A stretch of 64,000 nucleotides of DNA from an uncultured Alphaproteobacteria bacterium (GCA_944393725.1 CALYBC010000009.1:58595-122594); one strand, 5' to 3'. Shown: positions 36,641 to 49,462, numbered from the stretch's first letter. The notes: generated from the sequence alone by a model not told the origin. Program-made: numbers and translations.

Positions 36641-37528
36641 TTATTTCTTTTTTACCAAGCAAGAACCCCCGGCGGTCTTTATGGAATTACAAATCTTATC
36701 TGCATCGGCGCGTTCTTTGAAAGCACCGGCTTTTAAGCGATAGAAGGTGCCTTTGGCGCCTAAATCTGCGGCTTCTACTTCGTAGGGAAGGCCTTTTAAT
36801 ACAGAGTATTTGCTGCTAAGATTACCCCATGCTTTATCCATTGCCGATTTGTTGGGAGAGGAGATAAGTTGAACTTGCCATACTCCATTAGGTATTGTTT
36901 GTGCAGAAGCTTGTTTTTGCGGCGCCGGTTGAACTTTTTTAGGCTCTTCTTTTACTGCTACGGTAACTTTTTCTTCTGTTTTTACTTCCGATATCGGTTC
37001 TGCTTTAGGTTTCGCGTCTTCTTGTGCCGGCTTGACATTTGCGGCAAGAATTTTTTCGGCTTCAGACACAGTAGCGGCAGAGGCTTGAACAACTTCTTTT
37101 GATGGTCCTGCCGCTTCGGCCGTAATGGCCGGCATTTTGGGTTGCTCAGGAGGAGGAAGCAGATTTTCAACCTTTATTTCTTGGTTTTCTTTTTTCTCAA
37201 CAATATCGTAAACGGTTTTGTCTTGATTTAATATTTCCATACCACCCGGATCTGCCGGTTGAACTTTTATGGCTGTTTGCGGGCGACGAATGACCGGAAT
37301 TTCACTGTCTTGAGTGTTGTTATAATCCGGAGATAAGATAAACCAGCTTACTATGCCGGCTAATCCTACGCCCAAAACCGTGCCTAAAAAGACGTGCTGC
37401 GAACGGTTTATTTCGTTTTTGCGTTCTTCAAAATTGTCTATGGGTTGCGAACTTAATCTTTGACGGAATTCATCAAGAAAATCGCCGCCTTTTTCCATAT
37501 CTTCTTCATCGCGAAAATCATCCAACAT
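36641..37528 (-). CDS. SPOR-domain cell-division-associated protein (FtsN/DedD-like)
   Basis: Cytoplasmic N-terminus, one TM, Pro/Lys/Glu-rich linker, C-terminal SPOR domain (VWQVQL.S....A......L......E....GTFYRL..G.F). Confidence 0.7.
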   Translation of the reverse strand: MLDDFRDEEDMEKGGDFLDEFRQRLSSQPIDNFEERKNEINRSQHVFLGTVLGVGLAGIVSWFILSPDYNNTQDSEIPVIRRPQTAIKVQPADPGGMEILNQDKTVYDIVEKKENQEIKVENLLPPPEQPKMPAITAEAAGPSKEVVQASAATVSEAEKILAANVKPAQEDAKPKAEPISEVKTEEKVTVAVKEEPKKVQPAPQKQASAQTIPNGVWQVQLISSPNKSAMDKAWGNLSSKYSVLKGLPYEVEAADLGAKGTFYRLKAGAFKERADADKICNSIKTAGGSCLVKKK

Positions 37529-37606
37529 TACAAATCTCCGTTAATATAAAAAACTCAATAAGTTAATGTTATTACAAAAAACTTTATAATAACTTAACAA
37601 AAACAA

Positions 37607-38761
37607 CTAAAATCGATAAGAAATGTTGAATAGTTTTTGGTGTTCTTCGCAGGCAAAAGCATCGGTCATATCGGCAATATATCCACATATACATTCTGCT
37701 TTGTCGGCATCATTGTCAACCTTATCAATTTGCGGGCGTAGCTCCATAGGTAAGAGTTTGTAATCATTCATGAAAGCATTGAACAAATCTTCGACAATTT
37801 TTTGCGATTTCATATCCATGCGGGCAATGTTGCTGTGCGTGTAAAAATTGCGGATTAAAAATTGATGCAGATCGTATATGTGTTGGTGCATTGCTTTGGA
37901 AAAATTGGCGGTAAAAGATTTGGCCCGGCGGATATCATCTTGCGTTTTTATATTGTTGTTTTTGATGTTGTCTTGTGTGTTTTTTAGCAAATCAAATACC
38001 ATTGCGCTGATTAATGAGCGAGTTATGGCATAAATCCGCAAGTTGTCATTGGCATTAGGGTTTTCTTTGTCAAAATTATTAATTATCTCTTTGATAAAAT
38101 CAAGTTCACAAAGTTGTTCTATAGTGAAAAATCCAGCTCTGAAACCATCATCAATATCATGGTTGTTGTAGGCAATGTCATCGGCAAAAGAAGCTACTTG
38201 AGCTTCTAACGACGGATAGTTTTTTAAGTCCAAGGGAAATAGTTGATTAAATTCTTTGAGGTATGAATGGGTTATCTTTTTTATCGGACCGTTGTGTTTT
38301 ACCGTGCCTTCCAAAGTTTCCCAGGTCAGGTTAAGGCCGTTGAATGCGGGGTAGTGGTTTTCGGTTTTGGTAATGATTTGTAATGAATGAACATTATGGT
38401 CAAAACCACCATAGTCTTTCATGCACTTATTTAGTCCGCGTTCTCCGGCATGACCAAAAGGAGCATGTCCCAAGTCGTGGGCTAAGGCAATGGCTTCGCC
38501 TAAATCTTCGTTTAAGTCCAAATTGCGGCACAAGGTTCTGGTGATTTGCGCAACCTCAATACTGTGGGTGAGGCGAGTACGGTAGCTATGGCCTTCGTGG
38601 TAAGCAAAAACCTGCGTCTTGCCTTCAAGTCTGCGAAAAGCGGCCGAGTGAATAAGGCGGTCGCGATCGCGTTGGAACGAAGAGCGAATTAAGTTGGTAT
38701 AATCTGGGTACAGACGGCCGCGAGAATTTTCTTTTGTTGAGGCATATTCTGCAAGAATCAT
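37607..38761 (-). CDS. dgt: dGTP triphosphohydrolase-like HD-domain protein
   Basis: RTRLTHS.EVAQI...HDLGH.PFGH HD motif; 384 aa. Confidence 0.8.
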   Translation of the reverse strand: MILAEYASTKENSRGRLYPDYTNLIRSSFQRDRDRLIHSAAFRRLEGKTQVFAYHEGHSYRTRLTHSIEVAQITRTLCRNLDLNEDLGEAIALAHDLGHAPFGHAGERGLNKCMKDYGGFDHNVHSLQIITKTENHYPAFNGLNLTWETLEGTVKHNGPIKKITHSYLKEFNQLFPLDLKNYPSLEAQVASFADDIAYNNHDIDDGFRAGFFTIEQLCELDFIKEIINNFDKENPNANDNLRIYAITRSLISAMVFDLLKNTQDNIKNNNIKTQDDIRRAKSFTANFSKAMHQHIYDLHQFLIRNFYTHSNIARMDMKSQKIVEDLFNAFMNDYKLLPMELRPQIDKVDNDADKAECICGYIADMTDAFACEEHQKLFNISYRF

Positions 38762-38835
38762 CTTTTTTACTTTCCTTGGTTGAAAAAATATTATAGCTTA
38801 TGGTTAACATATCTGGTTAAAGAAAGAGTTAATAT

Positions 38836-39627
38836 ATGAAAATTGCTACCTATAATGTAAATTCCGTTAATGCTCGAATCGAAAATCTGGTCGAATGGTT
38901 GAATAAAACCCAGCCTGATGTAGTGCTGTTGCAAGAGATTAAAACCGAGTTTAATTCGTTTCCGTTTTTTGATTTGCAGACAATAGGTTATGAGGCAAAA
39001 ATACTGGGACAAAAAAGCTATAACGGGGTGGCGATTTTAAGTAAGTATAAAATAAATGTGGTGAGCGAAGGGCTGCCTGATTTTGCAGACGAAAATGCCA
39101 GATATTTAGAGGCTGATATAAAAATAAACGATGTTGTGTACAGAGTTGCCTCAATTTATTTACCTAATGGAAATCCACCGTATAATAATCCAGATGATGA
39201 AAGCAAGTGGCTTTATAAATTAAAATGGATGGACGCATTTTATAATCATGCCAAAAAACTTTTGGAATTGCAAAAGCCGGTAATTTTAGGCGGCGATTTT
39301 AATGTGATTATGAGTGATTTTGATGTTTATGATCCGGAGGCTTTTCGGAAGAATGCTTTGTTTAGACCGGAGGTTATTCAAAGATTGCGGGCGGTTTCTT
39401 ATTTGGGATATTATGATGCTTTCAGAAGCTTGAATCAAAAAGACAACGGATATACTTATTGGGATTACGGCGGGGCAGCTTTGCAAAGCGATAACGGTAT
39501 GAGAATTGATTATTTGTGGCTTAACGCTTTTGCTTTTGACCGGCTTGAGAATTGCAGTGTTGATATTACGCCGAGAAAGGCTCAAAAACCATCCGATCAT
39601 ACGGCATTAACGGCAGTGTTGAAATAA
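38836..39627 (+). CDS. xthA: Exodeoxyribonuclease III
   Basis: MKIATYNVNS...LLQE...GDFN......D...WDYR....D....G.RIDY..PSDH. Confidence 0.85.
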   Translation: MKIATYNVNSVNARIENLVEWLNKTQPDVVLLQEIKTEFNSFPFFDLQTIGYEAKILGQKSYNGVAILSKYKINVVSEGLPDFADENARYLEADIKINDVVYRVASIYLPNGNPPYNNPDDESKWLYKLKWMDAFYNHAKKLLELQKPVILGGDFNVIMSDFDVYDPEAFRKNALFRPEVIQRLRAVSYLGYYDAFRSLNQKDNGYTYWDYGGAALQSDNGMRIDYLWLNAFAFDRLENCSVDITPRKAQKPSDHTALTAVLK

Positions 39628-40704
39628 ATGAAAAAGATATTTTTATTGTTGTTTTGTTTTTTTTGCAGCACAGTTCAAGCAGAAGATGTTTCTCCTTGGC
39701 AAAAGATTTATGCGGGTGTTAGAGAAGCTTATGTCGGTGATGTAAAGATTGCCGATTTAGCAGTCGCAGCATTAAAAGGATTGAAAAAAATCGATAAAAA
39801 TCTCACCGTGGCTAATGATAATAAAAGAATTAGCCTCTATTATAAAGGGCGGGTTGTTAAAGTAATCAGCAAGCCAGAAAGTGACAATGCCGGAGATTGG
39901 GCTAAGGTGACCGAAAATATGATGGCTGCCGCAGAAGAAAAATCTGCACAATTACAAAAGCAAAATTTTGAAGTAATTGCCATTACCGCTCGAGAGATGT
40001 TGCCGTTGTTAGATGATGATTCAAAATTTTTTGAAAGTTTTGATGAGGCACAAAATATAAAAAATCATCGGCAGTTTGCAGCAAGAAAAGAAAATGACAT
40101 GCTGTATGTCAAAATGGCGTCAATTAATAAGCAAAGTAAATCAGAGCTAAAAAAAGCTTTATCGGAAAACAATGAGGCACAAAGTATAATTTTGGATTTG
40201 CGCGGATGTGTCGGCGGTATGTTCGGTGAAGCAATAGAAATTGCCGATTTGTTTCTGGATGAGGGAATAATTGCCGTTACAAAGGAAAAAATAAAAGATG
40301 AAGAAACTTACTATGTTGCCGGAAATGAGGAAAAAGCAGATGAACGAGAATTGTTTGTGCTGGTTGACGGGGATACGGCATCAGCGGCAGAAGTATTGAG
40401 TGCGGCCTTAAAAGAACAGAGCAGGGCTAAGATAATCGGGACAATGACCACAGGTAAAGGTTCTATGCAAAAATTAATAAACCTTGACGGACAAGGAGTG
40501 TTGGCCGTTACTTCCGGATATTTTATGAGCCCGTCGGGAGTAGAGCTTAATAAAAAAGGGGTGATTCCCGACATTTGTACTTTTGCACAAAGCGGAAATC
40601 CCGATGTAAAAGTGTTGTCACAAAAAACGGTTTGCCCCAAAGAAAGCAGAGAAAACAGCGAAATTGAACTCACGATAGTCAAAGAATTGCGTCAAAACCC
40701 ATAA
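39628..40704 (+). CDS. S41-family (C-terminal processing/tail-specific) peptidase-like secreted protein
   Basis: Signal peptide; LDLRGCVGG and VLVDGDTASAAE...GTMTTGKGS motifs. Confidence 0.6.
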   Translation: MKKIFLLLFCFFCSTVQAEDVSPWQKIYAGVREAYVGDVKIADLAVAALKGLKKIDKNLTVANDNKRISLYYKGRVVKVISKPESDNAGDWAKVTENMMAAAEEKSAQLQKQNFEVIAITAREMLPLLDDDSKFFESFDEAQNIKNHRQFAARKENDMLYVKMASINKQSKSELKKALSENNEAQSIILDLRGCVGGMFGEAIEIADLFLDEGIIAVTKEKIKDEETYYVAGNEEKADERELFVLVDGDTASAAEVLSAALKEQSRAKIIGTMTTGKGSMQKLINLDGQGVLAVTSGYFMSPSGVELNKKGVIPDICTFAQSGNPDVKVLSQKTVCPKESRENSEIELTIVKELRQNP

Positions 40705-40719
40705 ATTTGAAAATATTGG

Positions 40720-40747
40720 TTGACATAGTATAAAAAAAATGTATATT
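40720..40747 (+). promoter_or_regulatory. Putative sigma70 promoter for rpmG
   Basis: TTGACA (40720-40725), 16-nt spacer, TATATT (40742-40747), about 47 nt upstream of the rpmG ATG. Confidence 0.35.
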
Positions 40748-40794
40748 ACGCTCAAATGTTTTGAATTGTAACCCTAACTTAAGAGTATGGAAAA

Positions 40795-40962
40795 ATGGCT
40801 AAAGCAGTAAAAGTTAAAGTAAAATTGGAAAGTACAGCCGGTACAGGTACATTTTATCTTGCTGAAAAAAATCCGAGAACTCATCCGGAAAAGTTGTCTT
40901 TGAAAAAATATGATAAGAAGTCAAAGAAACACGAAGAGTTCGTAGAAAAGAAATTGAAGTAG
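40795..40962 (+). CDS. rpmG: 50S ribosomal protein L33
   Basis: 55-aa ORF absent from the 60-aa track: MAKAVKVKVKLESTAGTGTFYLAEKNPRTHPEKLSLKKYD... Confidence 0.8.
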   Translation: MAKAVKVKVKLESTAGTGTFYLAEKNPRTHPEKLSLKKYDKKSKKHEEFVEKKLK

Positions 40963-40986
40963 CACTTTAATTTGTTCAGTATTAAG

Positions 40987-41019
40987 ATACCGGTTCGTAT
41001 TTGAGCCGGTATTTTTTTT
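40987..41019. terminator. Intrinsic terminator after rpmG
   Basis: ATACCGG...CCGGTAT hairpin followed by a T8 run. Confidence 0.5.
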
Positions 41020-41050
41020 GTTATCGGTTAAATCAAAAACTTTAAAAGTG

Positions 41051-41989
41051 TCAATCTTCCAGAAGATGAGCCTTTTGATATTCTTTTTTTAGGTGCTCAA
41101 TCTCTACATTGGTGTAGCGTTGGGTGGTGGACAGGGAAGCATGACCCAATAGCTCTTGGATTGAACGCAAATTGGTTCCCTCAGCTAAAAGGTGAGTGGC
41201 AAAAGAATGACGCAGTGCATGCGGAGTTAAACTCTCCGGTAAATTGGCATAATTGCGTATCTTGGCTAAGGTCCTTTGTACTACACGAGGACTGATTCTT
41301 TCACCTCTTGCTCCCAAAAACAAAGCATCACCGATGTTTTGTTTGTAGGGGCAGGCTTCTAAGTAGGCGGCGATTTTCTCTTTGACTATGGGTAGAAGCG
41401 GAACAATCCGTTCTTTATTACCTTTACCTCTGATTTTGAGAAAATCGTTTTGGTTAATATCTCCGAGATTGAGTGACAAGGCTTCAGAAATTCGCAAACC
41501 GCATCCGTAAAGTATTGTAAAAATGGCGACATCTCTAAGACCTTGCCACTCTTCTTTGGCAAAATCAGCCGTCATATCAAGCAAATTAAGCGTCTGATCA
41601 ACATCTAAGGCTTTAGGAAGTATTTTGTCTTGCTTGGGCGAGGATAAAATACTTATGGAAGTGTTGTCAATTATGTGGTTGCGGTTGAGCCATTTGAAAA
41701 AGCTTTTGAGCGTTGACAATTCACGGGCTAGGGTGCTTTTGCTTAAATTTTGTTGTCTGCGGCGGCTTAAAAAAGCACGAAAGGTGCGGACATCAATTTC
41801 TTTTAAGGCTTTTATATCCGGAAGCTGTTCGGAATATTCTGACCAAAACTTAAAAAAAGCTGATAAATCTCTTAAATAAGCGTCTAAAGTATGCGAAGAA
41901 TAACCGCGTTCGTTGATAAGCCATGAACGCCAGTCATTTATGAGGCCTAAAACCTCGGAATCCGCCTTATATTTTATTTCTTCTTTCAT
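41051..41989 (-). CDS. Tyrosine recombinase XerC/XerD
   Basis: Xer-type N-terminus and catalytic RHS...LLGHASLSTTQRYT with active-site R..HxxR..Y. Confidence 0.8.
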   Translation of the reverse strand: MKEEIKYKADSEVLGLINDWRSWLINERGYSSHTLDAYLRDLSAFFKFWSEYSEQLPDIKALKEIDVRTFRAFLSRRRQQNLSKSTLARELSTLKSFFKWLNRNHIIDNTSISILSSPKQDKILPKALDVDQTLNLLDMTADFAKEEWQGLRDVAIFTILYGCGLRISEALSLNLGDINQNDFLKIRGKGNKERIVPLLPIVKEKIAAYLEACPYKQNIGDALFLGARGERISPRVVQRTLAKIRNYANLPESLTPHALRHSFATHLLAEGTNLRSIQELLGHASLSTTQRYTNVEIEHLKKEYQKAHLLED

Positions 41990-42107
41990 AAAAAACAGTA
42001 GAACACAAAATATTTAATAAAATGTTGCTGACTTTGTTGTTAGTAAATCGGAATGGTGTTTGAGAAAAAATGGAGCGGTGTTATGATGTGGGGGCTGGAG
42101 GAAGTGT

Positions 42108-44282
42108 ATGCGAATTGTAGGTGTGTTATTGCCGTTGCCTTTTAACGAGGTGTTTGACTATGAGGCCGAGGATAATGTCGGAGTCGGTGATATTGTCAAA
42201 GTACCTTTCGGAAAAGAGGTCTTGGTCGGGGCAGTATGGAAAATCGGTAAATCCAGTAATGTCGACAGCAAAAAAATCAAGAAAATAATCGAAGTTGAAC
42301 CTTATCCGCCGCTAAAAGAAAATTTGCGGCAGTTTGTTGAGTTCGTGGCGAAATATAATATGGCATTTACCGGATTGGTGCTCAAAATGGTTTTGAGTGT
42401 TAAGTCGGTTTTTGATGATCCGAAAATGCTCAAGCTTTATGAACTATCCGGCAAAACTTTGAGTGAGGCAAAGCTGAAAAATTCCGACGCCAGATGGCGA
42501 GTGATGGATTTTTTGAAGGTCGCTCCTTTTAATCGTACGGAAATTGCCGCCGGAGCAGGAGTTTCGCAAGCGGTTATCAAGACCATGATTGATGCCGGTA
42601 TTTTAAAAGAAGTGTTGGTTGAAAAGAAAAAAAAGTATCAGACTCCGATTTGCAAATTTCAAAAAGTGAAATTAACCGATGAACAGCAAAAAGCTGCCGA
42701 TAATTTGTGTGCAAAAGTAGGAAACGGTTTTAATGTTACATTGCTAAACGGTGTGACGGGATCCGGTAAAACCGAAGTTTATTTTGAAGCGGTAGAAAAA
42801 GCTTTTGAGCAAGGAAAACAAGTTTTGATAATGGTGCCGGAAATCGGCCTGACGGCACAGTGGTTGAGTAGGTTTGCCAAAAGATTTGGGGTTAAGCCGG
42901 CAGAGTGGCATTCGGCTCTGACAAATAGTGAAAGAGTCAGTACCTGGAAGGCAGTTGCCAAAGGCGAAGTTAAAATTATCATCGGAGCTCGTTCGGCGTT
43001 GTTTTTGCCATATACCGATTTGGGATTAATTGTGATTGATGAGAGCCATGATTTGTCTTTTAAGCAAGAAGATGTGGTGAATTATCAGGGACGAGATATG
43101 GCAGTGGTGCGGGCTAAATATGAGCAAATTCCGATAATATTATCAACGGCAACACCTGACTTGGAAACAATTTGTAATGTTGATGACGGAAAATATGATC
43201 AAGTTTGTCTTAAATCGCGTTATGCCAAAGCAGAATTGCCGGAAATAAAAATCATCGATTTGAAAAAAGATAAGCCGATAAAAGGAAGCTTTGGAACATC
43301 TTGGTTGTCGCCGACACTTTGTGAAAAACTTAAAGCAAATTATGAAAACGGCGGGCAAAGTGTGTTGTTTTTAAATAGAAGAGGGTATGCGCCGTTGGTA
43401 ATCTGTCGTGATTGCGGGCATAGAATCCAGTGCCCGAATTGTACTGCCTGGCTGACCGAACATCAAAGAATAAATAAATTGGTTTGCCATCATTGCGGAT
43501 ATATGACCGAAATTCCAAAAGAGTGTCCAGAGTGCCATTCCGAGACCGGATTAACGGCATGCGGTCCGGGGGTTGAGAGAATTGCGGAAGAAGTAAAATA
43601 TAGATTTCCTTTAGCAAAAACAACGGTGTTGTCGTCTGACTTTGTTACAAACTTTAAAGAAGTTAGACAAGTTATTGAAAAAATGGAGAAAGGCGATATT
43701 GATATACTGATTGGTACACAAATATTGGCTAAGGGACATAACTTTCCCGATTTGACTTTGGTGGGAATCGTGGATGCAGATTTGGGGCTGGCCGGTGGTG
43801 ATTTACGGGCGGCCGAAAGAACATTTCAACTTCTATCCCAAGTAGCCGGACGTGCCGGAAGAGGTAGTAAAAAAGGTGAGGTGTATTTACAGACTTTGCA
43901 GCCGGAAAATGCCGTGTTGCAAGCTCTGGTGACAAGAAACAGCGAGGAGTTTTATCGCTTGGAAAAGCAAACCAGAAAAATCTTGAAAATGCCTCCTTTC
44001 GGCAAGCTGGCGGCAATAATTGTGTCAGGTGTAAAAAAAGACGATGTGGAGAAAACGGCAATTCGGCTGGGGCATGTTGCTTTTAATGATGATAAAATAT
44101 CCACACTGGGTCCGGCTCCGGCACCACTATTTATTTTGCGTAATAAATATCGATATAGATTGTTGCTTAAATGTGCAAAAAATGTGAAAATTCAATCTGT
44201 TTTATATGAGTGGTTGAAGAAAGTGCCCGTGCCGTCAAATGTCAGAGTGGAGGTGGATATTGACCCTTATTCGTTTTATTAA
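42108..44282 (+). CDS. priA: Primosomal protein N' (PriA helicase)
   Basis: 724 aa; DEAD/H motifs (GVTGSGKTEVY, DESHD) and Cys-rich zinc-binding region (C..C..C..C...C..C). Confidence 0.85.
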   Translation: MRIVGVLLPLPFNEVFDYEAEDNVGVGDIVKVPFGKEVLVGAVWKIGKSSNVDSKKIKKIIEVEPYPPLKENLRQFVEFVAKYNMAFTGLVLKMVLSVKSVFDDPKMLKLYELSGKTLSEAKLKNSDARWRVMDFLKVAPFNRTEIAAGAGVSQAVIKTMIDAGILKEVLVEKKKKYQTPICKFQKVKLTDEQQKAADNLCAKVGNGFNVTLLNGVTGSGKTEVYFEAVEKAFEQGKQVLIMVPEIGLTAQWLSRFAKRFGVKPAEWHSALTNSERVSTWKAVAKGEVKIIIGARSALFLPYTDLGLIVIDESHDLSFKQEDVVNYQGRDMAVVRAKYEQIPIILSTATPDLETICNVDDGKYDQVCLKSRYAKAELPEIKIIDLKKDKPIKGSFGTSWLSPTLCEKLKANYENGGQSVLFLNRRGYAPLVICRDCGHRIQCPNCTAWLTEHQRINKLVCHHCGYMTEIPKECPECHSETGLTACGPGVERIAEEVKYRFPLAKTTVLSSDFVTNFKEVRQVIEKMEKGDIDILIGTQILAKGHNFPDLTLVGIVDADLGLAGGDLRAAERTFQLLSQVAGRAGRGSKKGEVYLQTLQPENAVLQALVTRNSEEFYRLEKQTRKILKMPPFGKLAAIIVSGVKKDDVEKTAIRLGHVAFNDDKISTLGPAPAPLFILRNKYRYRLLLKCAKNVKIQSVLYEWLKKVPVPSNVRVEVDIDPYSFY

Positions 44283-44353
44283 AATTTGTTAATAAAAAAG
44301 AAACCAATTGGTGGTTAAAATCGTGTCCGTTAAATGTTGGAGTAAAAGGTAAA

Positions 44354-44905
44354 TTGAAAAAAATATCTAAAACTAAAATCGCTGCCGTGTATTCTACCGC
44401 GTTATTTGATGCGGCAAAAGATGCCGGCTGTCTTGACGAAGTTTTGCAAGATGTTAAAAAACTTAGGGATTTGGCAGCGGCAAATAGTGATTTGGTAAAA
44501 TATTTTTCATGCCCTCTGTGGTCAGAGGAAGATAAGGTATCAGTGCTTGATAAAATAGCTAAGATTTCCGGTGTCGGAAAAGAAACACTTGAGTGCTTGA
44601 AAGTGATGTCGGAAAATAATCGTATGGGAAATCTCGGATTGATGCTTGATGAGTTTATGGAACTCTACTATAAAGAAAAAAATATCGCCGAAATTGATGT
44701 GGAAACGGTTTGTAAATTGTCGGCGGCTCAGGATAAAAAGTTGCAAAAGACTTTGGAAGAGATTTTTGCCAAGAGGGTTGTGATAAATTATATTATAAAT
44801 CCGTCAATAGTCGGCGGGCTGAGAGTTACTTGTGGCTCGCAAATGTTTGACGATACTTTGGCAACAAAAATAAATTATTTGGAAAATTTGATGAAAGGTA
44901 AGTAA
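44354..44905 (+). CDS. atpH: F0F1 ATP synthase delta subunit (TTG start)
   Basis: 183 aa OSCP-like; position immediately before atpA; start codon TTG with AAAGG RBS. Confidence 0.75.
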   Translation: MKKISKTKIAAVYSTALFDAAKDAGCLDEVLQDVKKLRDLAAANSDLVKYFSCPLWSEEDKVSVLDKIAKISGVGKETLECLKVMSENNRMGNLGLMLDEFMELYYKEKNIAEIDVETVCKLSAAQDKKLQKTLEEIFAKRVVINYIINPSIVGGLRVTCGSQMFDDTLATKINYLENLMKGK

Positions 44906-44906
44906 A

Positions 44907-46460
44907 ATGTCTGTATCTGCAAGTGAAATATCTTCGATTATTAAAGACAAAATTGCCGGTTCCGATGCCAAAATTGATGTGGCACAAGTCGGAAAAGTAT
45001 TGTCGGTCGGTGACGGCGTTGCCCGTGTGTACGGACTTGATGAAGTGCAGGCCGGCGAATTGGTCGAGTTTTCTTGCGGGGTTAAGGGTATGGCTCTTAA
45101 CCTGGAAGAAGATAATGTCGGTGTGGTCATTTTCGGATCTGACCAAAATATTAAAGAAGGTGATATCGTTAAAAGAACCAACTCAATCGTTAGTGTTCCG
45201 GTCGGTAAAGAGTTGTTGGGGCGTGTGGTCGATGCTTTGGGCACCCCGATCGATGGTTTGGGCGAAATAAAAGCTACTGAGTATAGAATCGCCGATGTAA
45301 AAGCTCCCGGTATCATCGCCAGAAAGTCAGTGCATGAGCCGATGCAGACAGGTATTAAAATAATCGACTCGTTGATACCTATCGGACGAGGTCAACGCGA
45401 GCTTATCATCGGTGACAGACAAACCGGTAAAACGGCTATCATACTTGATACCATTATTAATCAGAAAAAAATCAACGATGCCGCGAAGTCTGAAAATGAA
45501 AAACTTTATTGCGTTTATGTTGCCGTAGGACAGAAAAGATCGACCGTTGCTCAGGTGGTTAAAACCTTAAAAGATTATGGTGCTATGGATTACACAATTG
45601 TCGTAGCCGCAACGGCTTCGGATGCTGCTCCGTTGCAATATATTGCTCCTTATTCGGGCTGTGCAATGGGTGAGTTTTTCCGCGATAATAAAATGCATGC
45701 GGTTATTTTTTATGATGATTTGTCCAAACAAGCTACGGCTTATCGTCAGATGTCATTGTTGCTTCGTCGTCCACCAGGACGTGAAGCTTATCCGGGTGAT
45801 GTCTTCTATCTACACTCAAGATTGTTGGAACGCGCTGCAAAAATGAGTGATGAAGAGGGCGCCGGTTCCTTAACCGCTTTGCCGGTTATTGAAACTCAGG
45901 CCGGTGATGTGTCGGCATATATTCCGACCAATGTTATTTCGATTACCGACGGACAAATATTCTTGGAGACACCTTTGTTCTATCAGGGTATCAGACCGGC
46001 GGTGAATGTGGGCATTTCGGTTTCGCGTGTGGGCTCTGCTGCTCAGGTTAAGGCAATGAAACAAGTGGCCGGTACCATGAAACTTGACTTGGCTCAATAT
46101 CGTGAAATGGCCGCTTTTGCTCAGTTTGCATCTGATCTTGATCAAGCTACCAAAAACTTGCTCGATCGTGGTGTGAGATTGACCGAAATGCTTAAACAAC
46201 CGCAATATAAGCCGTTGCCGATGCAAGAAGAGGTGGCTGCTATATTTGCCGGTGTCAGAGGTTTCTTGGATAAGGTTGAGGTCTCAATGGTCAGAGAGTT
46301 TGAAGAGACCGCTCTTGATGATTTGAGAGCTAATCATCCTGATATCTTGGCCGAAATAGCCGAATCTAAGGTTATTTCTGAAGAAACAGAGCAAAAATTA
46401 ACCGCTTTTTACAAAAAATTTCTCAAAATTTTTTGTGAAAAAGCTCAAAAAGCTGCATAG
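44907..46460 (+). CDS. atpA: F0F1 ATP synthase alpha subunit
   Basis: GDRQTGKT Walker A and conserved alpha-subunit core. Confidence 0.95.
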   Translation: MSVSASEISSIIKDKIAGSDAKIDVAQVGKVLSVGDGVARVYGLDEVQAGELVEFSCGVKGMALNLEEDNVGVVIFGSDQNIKEGDIVKRTNSIVSVPVGKELLGRVVDALGTPIDGLGEIKATEYRIADVKAPGIIARKSVHEPMQTGIKIIDSLIPIGRGQRELIIGDRQTGKTAIILDTIINQKKINDAAKSENEKLYCVYVAVGQKRSTVAQVVKTLKDYGAMDYTIVVAATASDAAPLQYIAPYSGCAMGEFFRDNKMHAVIFYDDLSKQATAYRQMSLLLRRPPGREAYPGDVFYLHSRLLERAAKMSDEEGAGSLTALPVIETQAGDVSAYIPTNVISITDGQIFLETPLFYQGIRPAVNVGISVSRVGSAAQVKAMKQVAGTMKLDLAQYREMAAFAQFASDLDQATKNLLDRGVRLTEMLKQPQYKPLPMQEEVAAIFAGVRGFLDKVEVSMVREFEETALDDLRANHPDILAEIAESKVISEETEQKLTAFYKKFLKIFCEKAQKAA

Positions 46461-46470
46461 GATTTGAATT

Positions 46471-47385
46471 ATGGCAGGTTTGAAAGAATTAAGAACTCGT
46501 ATCGGAAGTATAAAATCTACGCAAAAAATTACTTCGGCTATGAAAATGGTCGCAGCCGCCAGACTGCGTCGAGCTCAAGAATTGCTTGCCAAATCTCAGA
46601 CTTACAGCGAAGGTTTACTCACTATTGCCGGTCGTCTCTACAAAGAATTTAAGCTTGAGGAGATTAATAACGGTGTAATTCCGTTGTATCCGGTAATAAT
46701 GCAAAAAAATAATAATCCGCAAAGCTACTGTCTGGTGGTGTTTTCATCAGACAGAGGCTTGTGCGGAAGTTATAACGCAGCCGTGTTGCGGGAGACCTTA
46801 AAAAGAGTAAATGAATTGCACGCACAAAATAAAAAAGTGGGGGCAATTTGTATTGGAAAAAAAATAGGAGATGCCCTGAAAAGAAGATTTCCGGATATGA
46901 TGGTTAAAACATTTGCCGGTGTGGCTTCTAAAGGCATTGATTATAAAGAAGTCGAAAAAATTGTCGAACCATTGATTAAAGGTTTTATGGTTAAGGAATT
47001 TGATGTATGCGAGGCTATTTATACCAAATTCCATTCCGCAATAAGTCGTGAGGTTACACTAAAGCAATTTTTGCCGTTCGATTTGGATATTGATATAAAT
47101 GACGAACGGTATGATGAAAAATATGAAAATGCTTTTTATGAATACGACGCAGCTAAAGAAAAAATCTTTACCGATGTAATCTTTATGTTGTCGGTTTCGG
47201 ATATGTTCCAAATGCTCATTAACTCTCAGACCAGTGAGCATGGAGCACGTATGACCTCAATGGACAATGCAACACGAAATGCTCATGATATGATTGCAAA
47301 ATTGACCTTAAAGTATAACCGCCTGCGTCAAGGAGCAATTACGACCGAATTGACCGAGATTATCTCGGGTGCCGAGGCTTTGTAG
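46471..47385 (+). CDS. atpG: F0F1 ATP synthase gamma subunit
   Basis: MAGLKELRTRIGSIKSTQKITSAMKMVAAA...ITTEL.EI.SGAEAL. Confidence 0.9.
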   Translation: MAGLKELRTRIGSIKSTQKITSAMKMVAAARLRRAQELLAKSQTYSEGLLTIAGRLYKEFKLEEINNGVIPLYPVIMQKNNNPQSYCLVVFSSDRGLCGSYNAAVLRETLKRVNELHAQNKKVGAICIGKKIGDALKRRFPDMMVKTFAGVASKGIDYKEVEKIVEPLIKGFMVKEFDVCEAIYTKFHSAISREVTLKQFLPFDLDIDINDERYDEKYENAFYEYDAAKEKIFTDVIFMLSVSDMFQMLINSQTSEHGARMTSMDNATRNAHDMIAKLTLKYNRLRQGAITTELTEIISGAEAL

Positions 47386-48918
<1,533 letters not shown>

Positions 48919-48943
48919 TTTTGATTTTTGAGGATTTGACAAC

Positions 48944-49462
48944 ATGGAAAAGGAAATAACTTTAACTATTGCACTGCCGAATAAAGTCTATTTGGAAAAG
49001 AAAGTGCCGAGTGTTATTATTCCGGCGGTGAGGGCAGAGGTTGATATTCTGTCCGACAGAGCTCCGAGCGTGTTCGCTCTGGATTTTGGATTGTTGCAAG
49101 TTCTTGATACTGATGGCTCGGTTAAGGAAAAATATTTTATTCAATCAGGTATGGCCGAAATTGCTGCCAATAAGTGTAGGCTTATGATACAAGGTATTGT
49201 TCCTTTTGTCGAAGTTAATCTTTATGAGGCAAAAAAACGCGTCGAATCTGCCGAAAATGAGCAAGAAAGGTTGTTCTATCAGATGATTTTGGACTATCAA
49301 CGCGGAATTCGCCGTAGATATCTGCGTACTCTTAATTTGTTTTCGGATAAATCCGGGATGAAAAAAACTTATGATGAGGTTATGTCTGATATCAAACACG
49401 AAATCGGTGAATTAAGAAAACGCAACGAAGATGAATTAAAAGCTGAAAAAGGAGAAAATTAA
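48944..49462 (+). CDS. atpC: F0F1 ATP synthase epsilon subunit with extended C-terminus
   Basis: N-terminal beta-sandwich motif (L...P......VP....GD..IL..HAP....L..G.L), longer C-terminal helical region. Confidence 0.75.
   Translation: MEKEITLTIALPNKVYLEKKVPSVIIPAVRAEVDILSDRAPSVFALDFGLLQVLDTDGSVKEKYFIQSGMAEIAANKCRLMIQGIVPFVEVNLYEAKKRVESAENEQERLFYQMILDYQRGIRRRYLRTLNLFSDKSGMKKTYDEVMSDIKHEIGELRKRNEDELKAEKGEN

Noticed and set aside
41051-41989. Tyrosine recombinase as marker of a mobile element
   Set aside because: It has canonical Xer architecture, is flanked by core genes (rpmG, priA) and lacks adjacent direct repeats or cargo, so it is a chromosomal dimer-resolution recombinase rather than a phage or ICE integrase.
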